A DNA stretch of 64,000 nucleotides from Octopus sinensis. Its lineage: Eukaryota. The notes under the pieces were generated by a model. It was not told where the DNA came from and made no database searches. It worked only from the letters and a program-made list of their open reading frames with translations. Below, piece by piece: positions 1 to 12,974 of the stretch. The position numbers and the translations under genes are program-made. Numbering within the stretch: position 1 is the first letter of the stretch; each line of letters starts with the position of its first letter. The DNA lies in assembly GCF_006345805.1 (NCBI RefSeq), contig NC_043016.1, forward strand, positions 9,672,001 through 9,736,000, written 5' to 3'.

Positions 1-820
1 AGTATTTTGCTCGGTGTGCTAACGATTCTGCCAGCGTGGAACAAACAGAAGGGAAATGTCACATTGCTGTGTGCTATAGAGGCTACAGTAATTGCATAAG
101 CTTACCAAAGATTCAGAACATTAAGTGCAATGATGCAATACACTCCTCCCCACCTTCTCTTCCTCATTATCATCATCGTCATCATCATCCCATGCTAGAA
201 TTGGCCGGAGACATTGTCCCCATCTGAAAACACAGGTCTTTATTCAGAAATACTGCTCTCCTAGGAGGAATTGGAGAGCCACATCTTGCTAGTATACTTT
301 GCCTCATTTTTATTTGGCTTCTATGGCACCAACACTAAAGAAGTTGCGATGAACACCACCCAACAAAACAAAACAAAAAACTCCTTTCAACTCCATTTTA
401 TTTCCAGTTAATGCTTCAACTACAAAATGTACAGGGATGCACTTGATTATGGTACCACTCAAGAGTTGCTGCCTTGTTCCTGGCAAAAGCAAAACAAAGT
501 CCTTTTTACCCTACATTATTTCTTCATTCATTCTCCAATAACTTTACTGGGTTTGCTTAATGCATTTTTATTATGGTACGATTATTAGAGATATTGTTAA
601 GTCTTTGACAAGACTAAAGAGTTCTTTGATCCCTATATTTTCCATTATTTCTCCACACATTTTCTTTCAAAGTGTGCTGGGTGCTTTTTATCTTGGCACT
701 CGAGTCCTGGTTATGACTTTAAACTGTATTTTTTAATGGGTCTCTGATTCAGGAATTCCAGGGTTTTGAGGAGTGTGGAACCACATGTTTATTACTCCCA
801 GGTCAATTATGACCCAGAGT

Positions 821-1086
821 AGTAGCATCTGTCAGGCTCCCAGCTATGGGTTAATTCACATTTTAGGGCTTGCCTACCTATGTAAGTGAAGACTGGATCT
901 GATGGATGCTGCAGAAGAAACCTTCATAAGTTCAACAGAGGGAAAGATGATTGCAGTAACGTATTGTGAAGTAGCATCTGTCAGACTCCCAGCTATGGGT
1001 TAATTTACATTTTAGGGCTTTCCTACCTATGCATATGAAGAGTGGATCTGGCAGACTCTATGAAAGAAATCTTCATGGTTCAACAG
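821..1086. repeat. ~149-bp-period direct repeat (two diverged copies)
   Basis: agtagcatctgtcag(g/a)ctcccagctatgggttaatt...ttcaacag occurs at 821-938 and again at 970-1086. Confidence 0.85.
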
Positions 1087-1821
1087 TGAAGTTGTAGCAA
1101 GCAAGATGAGGAAAGTAAGAGGTTTTGTTCATCCACTGCATCCGCCCTCCCTACCAGCTGTCTTGATCTGGTCTTGCCATTGAATTGAAGATAGTCACAG
1201 ATGAGAGAATGAGATTGATGGTGTGCAATTCCTTCTCACATTAACCCTCTTGAGACACCCAGGCTGATTGATTAGTCCAAATGATACAAACTGAAAGAAC
1301 TTTGAGGCTGATCCATCAGCCCGATGGAACAAATGTTGTGAATTGGTTGGTTCTGAAGTGTAATATCTAATCAGAGATTGTTTTTCAGTTGATGTATCTC
1401 AATAGGAAAAAAAATTTGGTGTTTTTGGCTACACATGCAAAAACACCGTGTTTCTCAAAAAAAGGGTTAAACAAAGTCTCCACACAAGTCAACAGTCATC
1501 CTTAAGGATGAAACGGTTGGTCTTTGTCACTCTGAAAGACAAACACGATCTTGGCACTGTCATGATTATGCAAATGAGTTTGTGCCTGGCCCATTGAATA
1601 AACAACCTTCTGCTTTTTTTCATTTCGGTGTCTTGTGAAGGACCTGTGTGTGAGTGCTAGAGAGCAGTAAACATAGTGAAACTAGGTGTTGATGTTAAAC
1701 TGGATGCAGGATTAAGCCCATTGCTGAAGTCAGCAACAGTAGGATTTGAACTCAGAATGCTGAGTAAATACTGCCAAGCATCCTGTCCAAAGTTCTCATG
1801 ACTTCATCAATGTACCCATCA

Positions 1822-1835
1822 TGTAGTAGTAGTAA

Positions 1836-1867
<32 letters not shown>

Positions 1868-1873
1868 ATGGTG

Positions 1874-1905
<32 letters not shown>

Positions 1906-1938
1906 GGTGGTAGTAGTAATAGTAGTAGCAGCAGCAGC

Positions 1939-2014
<76 letters not shown>

Positions 2015-2017
2015 GTT

Positions 2018-2054
<37 letters not shown>

Positions 2055-2070
2055 TAGTAGTCGTAGTCGT
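1822..2070. repeat. Compound trinucleotide microsatellite (AGT/GGT/AGC)n
   Basis: Seen directly; explains the poly-S/T/V ORFs. Confidence 0.95.
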
Positions 2071-2770
2071 ATGGAAGGAATGCTTTGTAACAGTGCTCAC
2101 TGCATCCACCATTTTGCTGGTGATTCCCTTACGCATGTTTCAACTCGTGCAACAACCTCCAGCCTAGGGGGGTCTATTTGGGTAGTCATTACCGTGAGGG
2201 TTTTATAAGATCAGAGTACAAACCCTACCTCAACCACTTTTGGTTGCCTTTTTGCGAAATGCAGTGGAAGCGTTTAGTCTATTCTTTGACATGTTGGTCC
2301 CCACACAGCACTAGAGCAATGTAAAATGAAGTGTCTTGCTCAAGAACACAACATGCCACTTGGTCCAGGAATCGAACTCATGATCTGGTTGTAGTGGTTA
2401 AAGGTGTTTAAGAAGGTGTTGAGGTAAACAGATGTCATAGGCATATGGATACCTTCGAAGTAAATAATTGAATGACATTGATTTATAGTTTAAATGATTT
2501 ATTTACTGGACTTGCATTTGCTGTTGGCATACATGATTCTTCACTACATGTATTTGTCATTAACTGCTACGAGTTGAGAGGAATAAAAACAGGGTTGTAA
2601 CAAGGATGAAAGGTCTGTAACACTTGAGGGGTGCAGGTCTCATCCCTTACATTAAATTATTGTCGAAGGAAAAGCCAAGACTTCGAATATCTTCAACAAC
2701 ATAAATATTTTAATTTTTCTGGATTCGCAATAATATATATATATTATATATTATATATATATATTATATA

Positions 2771-2816
<46 letters not shown>

Positions 2817-3039
2817 CCTTCAGGGCAAATCAGTAGCCATGGAGCTAGTCGCTGTGGTTAAATTGTGTGAACTAAATCCTGTTTCACTCCAGCATAGTGT
2901 AGCTTCACAACATGGTGGCAGCTTGGTAGAGCTACGAGGATGCGTCTGTTCAATTTGGTGTCAGCTTCGAAAGAGATCAATACATAGGAAGTTTTGCTGC
3001 TAGTAGTTCTTTGTGCATGCCTGCTGAAGACTTCCAAAA

Positions 3040-3320
3040 TGGCATCACTACAGGGTACATCTGCGGATGTGATGTGTTAGAACTGAATATGATTTGTGTC
3101 TGTGTGTGCATCGTTCATCTGAGAAAGTAGTAGGCTGTCTTGTGTGCCAATCCTTTTCGTCCAGCCTTTCTCCGTCCTCTGTCTTTCTGATCCTCTCTCC
3201 GCCTGTCCCTTTGCTGACCACAGTATTTACAACAGCCGTGGCAGCTAGAAGAACAGACATACTGCAGGAGAGATTGTGTCTAAACAGGTCAGCTCCTGTC
3301 CATTTGAACTTCGCCTGAAA
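3040..3320 (-). mobile_element. Possible degenerate 3' end of an RTE-type LINE (C-terminal zinc-finger remnant)
   Basis: Minus frame RQPTTFSDERCTHRHKSYSVLTHHIRRC resembles the RTE C-terminal PxTFxCxxCxRxxxSxxGLxxHxRRC motif with the first Cys lost. Confidence 0.35.
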
Positions 3321-3899
3321 TGGCTGAGGTCATAGGTCAATGGGAGATGATTTATCATTTTTTGACAGGACAAAGAAAATTTCTTTTGCGCCTGTTGCTT
3401 CGCAGTGATTCAGAGAAGCGAGAATCCTTAGCTTTGGTTTCGAATCTAAGCTTGGAGGAAAGAAGTGTTTGTTTTTACCTGGTGATGGTGAGTGCAGCAC
3501 CCTAACCACAGGGCCACGTACCTTCATGAAGTGATACTTTATCAACCTTGGAATGATAAAAGACAAAGGTATCCTTTGCAGGATTTGAACTTGGAAGCTC
3601 AAATGAATAGTGCGAAGCATTTCATCCAATGCTCTAATAATGACTCAACAAATTTGTCACCTAGAATTGGCAAACATAGGACACATTGATATACAGTTTG
3701 CTTTAAAAAAAAAAAGAAAAAAGGTCTTGGCTTCAAGACTTGATTGGTCATATAAATTTTTGTTTTTAATTGTTTCAGTCTTTGGACTGCAGGCATGCTG
3801 GGGCACCATCCTGAAGGGTTTAGATGAACAGTTTGACCCTGGCACATTTTTCTAAGCATTGTCTCTCATTGCTGTCATGTGGTTGCCTTGTTTCTTTTC

Positions 3900-4150
3900 T
3901 CTAAGTATTTTAATGGACATTGTTCAGCTGAGCCTTCTCTGGTTCCTCCTTTAAGAACTTATCAGTGATCAACTAGACTTGCATCCACTTCTCATCAGAG
4001 AAACATCCTAGGCATCATAAAGCCCTTTACAGTACCAGTTTCTTCTCTCGCACCTCTGAACTTTGGAATTCCCTTCCACAGTCTGGTTTTTCCTCTTCAA
4101 TATGGCCTCCAGTCTTTTAAGTCTAATGTACATCGTCACCTTTTGACTTC
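3900..4150 (+). mobile_element. CR1/Jockey-group LINE ORF2 C-terminal remnant
   Basis: Translates (one frameshift) as SFFSRTSELWNSLP...FPLQYGLQSFKSNVHRHLL, the typical SFFxRTxxLWNSLP...FKxxVxRHL end of ORF2. Confidence 0.6.
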
Positions 4151-4312
4151 TGTCTAGTGTCTATTTTATTCTAGTAGCTCTTACATTTTCAGTATGCTTA
4201 AAAAAAAAAAAGCATGGCACTTGTTCTGTCAGTCTCCTTTGCCAAAATGCTAAGTTACAAGGACATAAACACACCAATACTGTTTGCCAGGCAGTGTCGG
4301 AGGACAACACAG

Positions 4313-4343
<31 letters not shown>

Positions 4344-5139
4344 TATGTATATATGCATCCAGGTAAAAAAAGTCACAGGGGTTTTGTTGGGTGGGGTGGG
4401 GTGTGGGTCCAAGGGAGTTTTGTCTGGCAGGGTGCTTGTCTGGATCCCATAAATTTATTGTGACTTTATTACCAGTCACTGTGTGTGAGCTTGCTTCCTA
4501 GCTACATGGTTTCGGGTTCAGTCCCACTGCGTGGCACTTTGGTTAAGTGTCTTCCACTATAGCCCCGAGCCGACCGGAGCTTTGTGATTGAATTCGGTAG
4601 GCGGAAGTTACTGCCGTATGTGTATATGTGCGTATAGCTGCTCAGTGCCTCTCTGAATGAGAGAGAGGGATATATATGGTCTTAGATGCAGTCTTTCTCT
4701 GTACCGCACCTTTGGCAAGTACCTTCTACTATAGCACCAGGCTGACCAATGTTTCCTGAGTGGACTTGTTAAATGGAAACTGGAAGAAGCCCATCAAATA
4801 TATATAGGTGCGGTACAGAGAGACTGAATCTAAGACCATGTGGTTGCAAACCACACAGCTACGCCTACTTCTAAGGAATCTGAAGAATCTATTGATGGCC
4901 TGTATGAGGTAGAAATTAGTTCAGAGGGAAAAAGTTCTTAGAAATATTTGAAACATGAAATTCTTCACTTCCCATGGTAAGTGAACTTATTGAAAATCTT
5001 CCCATGATTATAATTTTTTCTAGATCAAATCTTGAGCTCTGTTTAAATAACTAGAATCATACGAAGCTAAACTTTGGTTCTTTCCCATATCCTTATCAAA
5101 ATTACAGAAAAAAAATTGTTCTTTTCATTTTATTCTTTT

Positions 5140-5357
5140 ACATGTTTCAGCCATTTTGACTGTGGACATGCTGGAGCACGACCTTAAAGGGTTTTAGTCG
5201 AATAAATCATCCTCAGGAATTATTCTTTGTAAGCCTATTACTTATTCTATCAGTCTCTTTTGCTGAACTGTGAAGTTACAGGAACTTAAACTCACCAATA
5301 TTGATTGTCAAGTGATGCTGATGGATGGGGGTGGGGGACAAACACAGACACAAAGAT

Positions 5358-5401
<44 letters not shown>

Positions 5402-5765
5402 AATCAAAAAACATAGAGAGAAAGAAAAACAAACAAATGCGTGGATATGGCATAAGTATTGTATTAATAAAGCCCTCAGAGAAAGAAAAGAATAGATGTT
5501 TTACATTTCGAGCATAGCTCTTCTTTGGAAACAAGAAGAAACAGGAAAGGTACAAGACGAAGGAGGAAAGTAAAAAATCAAAAAAATCGCCAACAATCAC
5601 ATGTGGTTACAACGGGCTTCTTTCAGTTTCCATCTACCAAATCCACTCATAAGGCTTTGGTCAGCTTGAAGCTATACATTTACCCAAGGTGCCATGCAGT
5701 GGAACTGAACCTGGAACCATGTGGTTGCGAAGCTAGTTTCTTACCGTACAGCCATGCCTGCGCCT
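5140..5765 (-). mobile_element. tRNA-derived SINE, family T1 (tail gactgaaacaagtaaaag), interrupted by a Penelope pLTR-like fragment at ~5400-5600
   Basis: Collinear with the full copy at 63099-63510. Confidence 0.8.
5498..5532 (-). ncRNA. Degenerate minimal type-I hammerhead motif
   Basis: Minus strand GTTT-CCAAAGA-A-GAGC-TAT-GCTC-GAA-ATGT-A-AAAC; stems I and II intact, core mutated; same family as 10147. Confidence 0.45.
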
Positions 5766-6374
5766 AGATTAATCTTCAAAAAATTTAATTCAGTTTCTAA
5801 ATGAACCTTATTTACCATTTATCAAAATCATAAACAGATGTGGAAAATGTTAGAACCTTTTGGTGTTCCAGCACCCCATCTCAGTATCAGCCTACTCAAT
5901 GACAAGTTGAAATGTCTAAGAAACCTTCCCAAACCCTCTATGGAGTATTCAAAAGTAGATAAGAGTTTCAATGTAAATTCCTGGCACCAGAAGTTGCGAA
6001 CACTGTTAGAGAATATAATTTACAATAAACAAATGGACAGTAACATAATATGAGGTTATAAGAAGAAAAAAGACTTATAAAAAAAATAAAATGCACAAAT
6101 TCAATTTCCATTATACATCGCATAAGAGAATACCAGTTCCTCCCTCTAAGTTTCATTTCGCGTGATTGAAACAAAGAAAAATTTTAAATTAAGAAACAAA
6201 ATAGGTTATGATAACCTATTTCCTTACAAAAATGTGCAACAAGTAAATTAGATAAAGGGACGTTACTCTTGTTCTTTGCAGTTACTACTAGATTTGAGAT
6301 ATCGATGGCTTTAATGTATTTCTAGAATTTGTTATTTCTTTACTAGAACAAATCACGCTATTTTTTTATTATTT

Positions 6375-6458
6375 TTTAACTTGTTTCAGTCATTAGACTG
6401 CGGCCAAGCTGGGGCACCATCTTGAAAATATTTTAGTTGGATGAATCGACTCCAGGAC

Positions 6459-6491
<33 letters not shown>

Positions 6492-6780
6492 TGGTAATTA
6501 TTCTATTGGTCTGTGTTTTTCTGAACCGCTAAGTTACGAGGACGTTAACACACAAACACCGGTTGTCAAGCGGTGGTGGTGGGGGAACAGCAGCACACAC
6601 AAACACACACATACACACAAATGATGAGTGTCTTTCAGTTTTTGTCTATCAAAGCCACACACAAGGCTTTGGTTAACCCAAGGTTGTAGTAGAAGGTACT
6701 TGCCTAAGATGCCACACAATGGGACTGAACCTGAAACCATGCAGTTGGGAAGCAAGCTTCTTACCACTTAGCATGCCTTT
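6375..6780 (-). mobile_element. SINE family T1, near full length
   Basis: Head-to-tail homology to 63099-63510. Confidence 0.8.
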
Positions 6781-6928
6781 ATTTTTCTTCTTGTTACTGA
6801 GCCCTAATACTCATAAGGTTGTTTACCTGATTTCCGTGACATGTAAGCGACTGTAATCTTCAAGACATCTTGAACCTTGCAACAGGCCAACATCCCTTTG
6901 AATGGCTCTCTGGTTTATTGCCGGGTTC

Positions 6929-7480
6929 ATCATCATCATCGTTTAACATCCTTTTTCCATGCTGGCATGGGTTGGACGGTTTGACTGGGAACTGGCTAGC
7001 CAAAAAGCCACACCAGGCTGCAATCTGATCTGGCTGTGTTTCTACAGCTAGATGCTCTTCCTAATGCCAACCACTCTGAGACTGTAGTGGGTGCTTTCAC
7101 ATGTCACTGGCACAGAAGCCAGTCAGGCGGCACTGGTATCGGCCATTAAGATGGCAAGCTGGCAGAAATGTTAGCACACCGGGTGAAATGCTTTGCGGTA
7201 TTTTGTCTACTGCTATGTTCTGAGTTCAAATTCCGCCGAGGTCGACTTTGCCTTTCATCCTTTCGGGGTCGATTAAATAAGTACCAGTAACGCACTGGTG
7301 TCGATATAATCGACTTAATCTGTTTGTCTGTCCTTGTTTGTCCTCTCTGTGTTTAGCCCCTTATGGGTAGTAAAGAAATAGGTATTGGCCATGTTCGGAT
7401 GGGGCTTTTTATGTGCTACCGGCACAGGAGTCAGTCAGGGCAGGGGTGGGGTGAGGCTGGCATCAACCACATTCGAATAG
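6929..7480 (-). mobile_element. RTE LINE 3' UTR fragment with (ATG)n tail, interrupted by a family-D SINE
   Basis: Carries the ggttggcattaggaagagcatctagctgtagaaac block and a (CAT)n run on the plus strand. Confidence 0.8.
7148..7385 (+). mobile_element. tRNA-derived SINE, family D (central gcctttcatcctttcggggtcga motif)
   Basis: Head ggcaagctggcagaa..gttagcac..gttctgagttcaaattcc; flanked by ggtat(c/t)ggccat, a likely TSD. Confidence 0.85.
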
Positions 7481-7943
7481 TTTATATGCTAAAGGATTAA
7501 GGGTTAGCCGTTTTATCCCTTTTGAATGTTAGGCCTCATGGATGTAAGGTGGCTGAGTTCCTTTCAAGCATTATATAATTAGGAGTAGCCATATAACTCC
7601 TCTGTAGCAAGACAATTATACTTATACCTCTATCATATTTTCCACCCACTTTCATGTACCACCCCCGCATAGAAGAAGGAGCTTTTTCCTTTTCCTTTTC
7701 CTTATTCTGTTTTTTTTTTCCGTCCTGCCAAGTTACATGGCAACCCCATGAATTAACATCAAAAAGAAAAAAAAAGCACCCAGTGCACGCTGTAATGTTT
7801 TTGGCATTAGAATGCCCTTCCTGGATTGGCCATGGTTTCTACGCCTTAGAAACCATTCCAAAGCTGACACAGGATCTTGGTATAGCCCTGAAGCTTGTTG
7901 GATCCTGTCAAACCAACTAACCCATTGTAACATGAAAAACAGA

Positions 7944-7944
<1 letters not shown>

Positions 7945-7974
<30 letters not shown>

Positions 7975-8260
7975 ATCGTTTAATGTTTGTTTTATATGCT
8001 GGCATTGGTTGGATGGTTTGACATGAGCTGGCCAGCCTAGGAGCTGTCCAGATTCAATTTGTCCATTTTGGTATGGTTTCTATGGCTGGATGCCCTTCCT
8101 AATGCCAACCAATTTTACAGGGTGTACTGAGCGCTTTATACATGTCACCTGAATGGGTGTGGCTATGCAGCACAGCACGAGTGCATTTTTTGCAGTTCCA
8201 GCAGAACTGCATTCCGTGTGGCACTGGTACGAGTGCATTTTAGTGACGATGAATTCCAAG
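7945..8260 (-). mobile_element. RTE 3' UTR fragment
   Basis: (CAT)n tail plus ggctggatgcccttcctaatgccaacc. Confidence 0.75.
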
Positions 8261-8389
8261 TGAACAAATTGACCCTTGTACTTACTTTTAAGCGTGTCAG
8301 GCTCTTTTGCTGAACTGTTAAGTTATGGGGAAGCAAAACCAAGACATGTTGTCAGGGGTGGTGAAAAAAAACATGGAAACAAAGATACA

Positions 8390-8975
8390 AACATGCGCAC
8401 ATACACACACACATACACACACATAAACATGCACATACACAAAACATACATACACACATACACGAACACACAAGCACATACACACATACACGCTCTCTCG
8501 CACACGAACACACACACCTACACGACACACTCACACATACACACACACACAAATATACACATACACAAACACATACACAAACACACACACACAAACACAT
8601 ACAGACACAATCACACACACATAAACACACACACATATACACACACACATACATGAACACACAAACACACACACGCACACACACGTGCACACACACCACA
8701 CACAGTGCACACAAACACACACGTGCACACACACACACACGTGCAACACAACACACACACGTGCACACACACACGTGCACACACACACACGTGCACACAC
8801 ACACACACGTGCACACACACGTGCACACACACACACACGTGCACGCACACACACGTGCACACACACACACACGTGCACACACACACACGTGCACACACAC
8901 ACACACGTGCACACACACACACACGTGCACACGTGCACACACACACACACACACAAAACACATACATACACATAA
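8390..8975. repeat. (CA)n microsatellite grading into a (CA)n-CGTG minisatellite
   Basis: Recurrent cacacacacgtg units from ~8660 to ~8945. Confidence 0.95.
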
Positions 8976-9109
8976 GATGGGTTTCTTCCAGTCTCTGGCT
9001 AGCAAATTCACTCACAAGGCAGAAGTCAATTGGTCAGCCCAAGGCTTAAGTTGAAAACATTTGCCCAAGGTGCCATACTGTGGGACCAAACCTGAAATCA
9101 CATGGTTGA

Positions 9110-9144
<35 letters not shown>

Positions 9145-9814
9145 ACATGCCTGTGCCTATTTTTCAAAATACTACTCTGAATTAAGCTTTTAAAACCCAT
9201 GCACTTGATGCAACCCATACCAAATTACTCATATTTAAATTTAAATCATTATAAAAAAATCTGATATCAGAAATGGTATCATAATATTTTATTCAGCTGA
9301 TGCCTGTGTAATCTACACCAATGTATCAAGTTACAGATATTTTATAAAATTTATTAAACCCCTTCAAAATCTTGATTAGCATAGTAAGAAATAAAAAAAA
9401 CAAACAAACAAAAGCCCCTTGGGCTTTCTGTTCGTTAGATATGTAATCACTAAAAGGACTGAAGTTTCTTTAATTAAGCTTTAAACAAAATAAAATAAGG
9501 ACGAAGCTTTTTTTTCTCAGACGTAGAACATCTGGTCTGTGATATCAATGAAAATCTAAAATCTTGAGTTCTTAGCTTTATCTACCAAACCAAAGAACCA
9601 AAAAGCAGCAGATGTCAGAAGAAATACTCTCTCAGACTAAATACATGGTCGTCATTAATTTAATGTCCATTTTTCCATGTTTCTATAGGTTACAATGGAA
9701 CTCACTGAGATAGGTTTTTCTAATGTTGGATGCTCTTCCGGTTGGCATCTCTGAAACAATACGAAAGCGCAAAATAAATGATTATTCAAAATTCTGATTA
9801 CCTCTTTTTTCTCT

Positions 9815-9817
9815 GTA

Positions 9818-9850
<33 letters not shown>

Positions 9851-9899
9851 CTCTTCCCCTCCGTCTGTCCATCCATCCGTCTATCTATCTATCTATCTA

Positions 9900-9939
<40 letters not shown>

Positions 9940-9968
9940 TCTATCTACCTACCTACCTACCTACCTAC

Positions 9969-9999
<31 letters not shown>

Positions 10000-10032
10000 C
10001 CTACCTACCTACCTACCTACCTACCTACCTAC

Positions 10033-10068
<36 letters not shown>

Positions 10069-10070
10069 TC
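9815..10070. repeat. (TCTG)n/(TCTA)n/(CCTA)n tetranucleotide array; further (TCTA)n at 10283-10380 and 10530-10592
   Basis: Seen directly. Confidence 0.95.
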
Positions 10071-10146
10071 AAAATGTGACCGTGTGTGTACCGTTGGCGA
10101 TTTTTTTCCCTCTGTCTTCCCTTCTCAGGATCTTTCCTTCTCCTAT

Positions 10147-10181
10147 GTTTCCGACGAAGAGCTCCGCTCGAAATGTTAAAC
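10147..10181 (+). ncRNA. Minimal type-I hammerhead motif (U4C core variant) in a Penelope pLTR-like repeat (~10080-10280)
   Basis: GTTT-CCGACGA-A-GAGC-TCC-GCTC-GAA-ATGT-T-AAAC. Confidence 0.55.
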
Positions 10182-10280
10182 CCTCCTTCTTTCCTTCTTT
10201 CCTGAGCGTCCAATAATACTAAATTTGTTCCATGTCCTCATGTTGTTGTGTTTTTTTGTGCTTTCTCATTTGGATTAACT

Positions 10281-10339
<59 letters not shown>

Positions 10340-10340
10340 A

Positions 10341-10381
<41 letters not shown>

Positions 10382-10527
10382 CCTATTGATCGTTTTTTTT
10401 CATTTTTCTTTTCTTTTTTTATGATCCCCTTTGATCGAAAACCTACCCCCATCTTTTTTTTTTTTTCCACCCCAAACAGAAAAGCTCTACTTTGTAATTT
10501 GTCGCCTCTGTGTTTAATAAAGAAACA

Positions 10528-10594
<67 letters not shown>

Positions 10595-10957
10595 TCTTTT
10601 ACTCATTTCAGTCATTTGACAGCGGCCATGCTGGAGCACCACCTTTAGTCAAGCAAATCAACCCCAGGACTTATTCCTTGTAAGCCTAGTACTTATTCTA
10701 TCATTCTCATTTGCTGGGTGAGAGACTCTGAAGAACCATTAATATAAACGCAAAATCACTGTGATCTGGTTACTCCTAAGTGTTGAGGGAGCTTACCTCC
10801 CCTGTCAATCGTTAAGATAAGGTACTTCTTTTGGCTATGAGTCGTTTTAACACTTATTTCTAGCAATACTGGTGCTCATTAGTGCCCTCAGTCATTTTAG
10901 TGACTTATATATTTCTGCCTTTCAGCTGCAAATTTGCAAACAGGAAACCCTTATTAT

Positions 10958-11294
10958 ACATACATACATACATACATAACATACATAATACATTCATACA
11001 TACATACATACATACATACATTCATACATACATACATAACATACATACATACATACATACATACATTCATACATACATACATAACATACATAATACATTC
11101 ATACATACATACATACATACATTCATACATACATACATAACATACATACATACATACATACATTCATACATACATACATAACATACATAATACATTCATA
11201 CATACATACATACATACATGCATACATACATACATAACATACATACATACATACATACATACATACACACATACATACTACATGCAATGCATAT

Positions 11295-11340
<46 letters not shown>

Positions 11341-11345
11341 TATGT
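10958..11345. repeat. (CATA)n and (TA)n microsatellites
   Basis: Seen directly. Confidence 0.95.
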
Positions 11346-11455
11346 ATGTATAATATCACATGTATATATAACTGATCCTAAATTAAATCTTAATGTCAAC
11401 ATATACATTCCTGCTCTGTGCTCTCTGCCTTCTTTAATTTTTTTCCTTCTTCAGC

Positions 11456-11488
<33 letters not shown>

Positions 11489-11680
11489 TTAATCCTCTTA
11501 CTTTCTTCATAGTTCTCATCTTTCACATTCTTCTCTCCACTCCTTTCATTATTTAAAAAAAAAAGTTTCTTAGTGAATGCTAAACAGCCAGAAAGAAAAA
11601 TATTTAAGACATGACATAGTTTACATTTTGAAAAATATGTTGATTTTTCAGTCTTTATATATGTGTGTGTGTGTGTGTGT

Positions 11681-11711
<31 letters not shown>

Positions 11712-11712
11712 A

Positions 11713-11755
<43 letters not shown>

Positions 11756-11821
11756 GTGTGTGTGCATGTGTGCTGTGTGTGTGCATATATATATATATAT
11801 ATATATACATGCACACACACA

Positions 11822-12040
11822 TTATCATCATCTGATGTTCACTCTCCATGCTGGCATGGATCAGACGTTTTGACAGGAGCTGATGAGCTGGAGAACTGCA
11901 CCAGGATCCTGTCTGATTTGGCATGCTTTTCTACAGCTTGATGCCCTTCCTAACATCAACCACCTCCTCATAGTGTGTAGTGGTGCTTTTATGTGCCACC
12001 AGCATTGGTGCCATTTACATGGCGCCAGCATCGACTACGA
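11822..12040 (-). mobile_element. RTE 3' UTR fragment
   Basis: (CAT)n tail plus cagcttgatgcccttcctaacatcaacc. Confidence 0.7.
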
Positions 12041-12202
12041 CGATTCACAGATGCCATATGACTGTGGCCATGCTGGAACATTGCCTTTAGTAGTCAAAGA
12101 AATCGATCCCAGGACTTATTCCTTGTAAGCCTAGTACTTAATTCGATCAGTTGTTTTGCTGAACTGCTAAGTTACAGGGTTGTAATCACACCAACACTGG
12201 TT

Positions 12203-12302
12203 NNNNNNNNNNNNNNNNNNNNNNNNNNNNNNNNNNNNNNNNNNNNNNNNNNNNNNNNNNNNNNNNNNNNNNNNNNNNNNNNNNNNNNNNNNNNNNNNNN
12301 NN
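12203..12302. other. Assembly gap (100 N)
   Basis: Run of N. Confidence 1.
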
Positions 12303-12974
12303 CAGGCTAGTCTAATACATATAAATAGTGGACATGATAACTAGATGTAGGAACATCGCGTAAAGTGAGCTAGAGTCTTCAGTAGACTAGACGTCAAATT
12401 CTGTTGAGTCGAGTTGTCGGAAGTGAGAGTTTGGTAGTTGAATAGAGGTACATTATTGGCAAAGGCATGCTATCCAAACGTGCGATATAACATTTCCCAA
12501 CTTTGACCCTCCATAAATCCAAAATTCTATTTTGGTATATATGGGAGCAACTGTCGTCAAAGACTCATATTGTTGTTCAAAGCTGAAAATAGGGAGTAGA
12601 TAGGCAGCTGACAACTGATGAAGGGTCGTTCTTTGTATTCTTTGTATTACTTGTCTTGTTTTCCATATTGCCCTCATTATTTACGTATTTAACTCATTTG
12701 TTTTCGTATTTTATGTTTTTACTGTTGGTGACATCCTGTGCCCACACACACACATACACTCACACCACACACACACAAATATATTATATATATAATATAT
12801 ATATATATTATATACATATATCTATTATATATTACATATATATATATATACATTCATATATATATATTTATATTATATATGGTATATATATACATACATA
12901 CACCAATCTATGTATATATATATAAGTGTGTGTGTATATATATATATAATACCTATATATTATATATATTATCT

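Noticed and set aside
4873-4925. CTGAAGA..GAAATTA hammerhead-like pattern
   Set aside because: Stem III is not formable and there is an extra base before GAAA; likely chance in AT-rich DNA.
10783-10845. 63-nt minus-strand exon candidate (EISVKTTHSQKKYLILTIDRG, GAG|gtaagc donor); similar candidates at ~40843-40922, ~44584-44620 and ~5838-6053
   Set aside because: Weak acceptors or donors, unrecognised peptides and no consistent gene model; cannot be supported without RNA or homology data.
12303-12720. CTGATGAAGGG after the gap as a hammerhead or Penelope end
   Set aside because: No closing stem or GAAA follows and no recognisable peptide; left unclassified.
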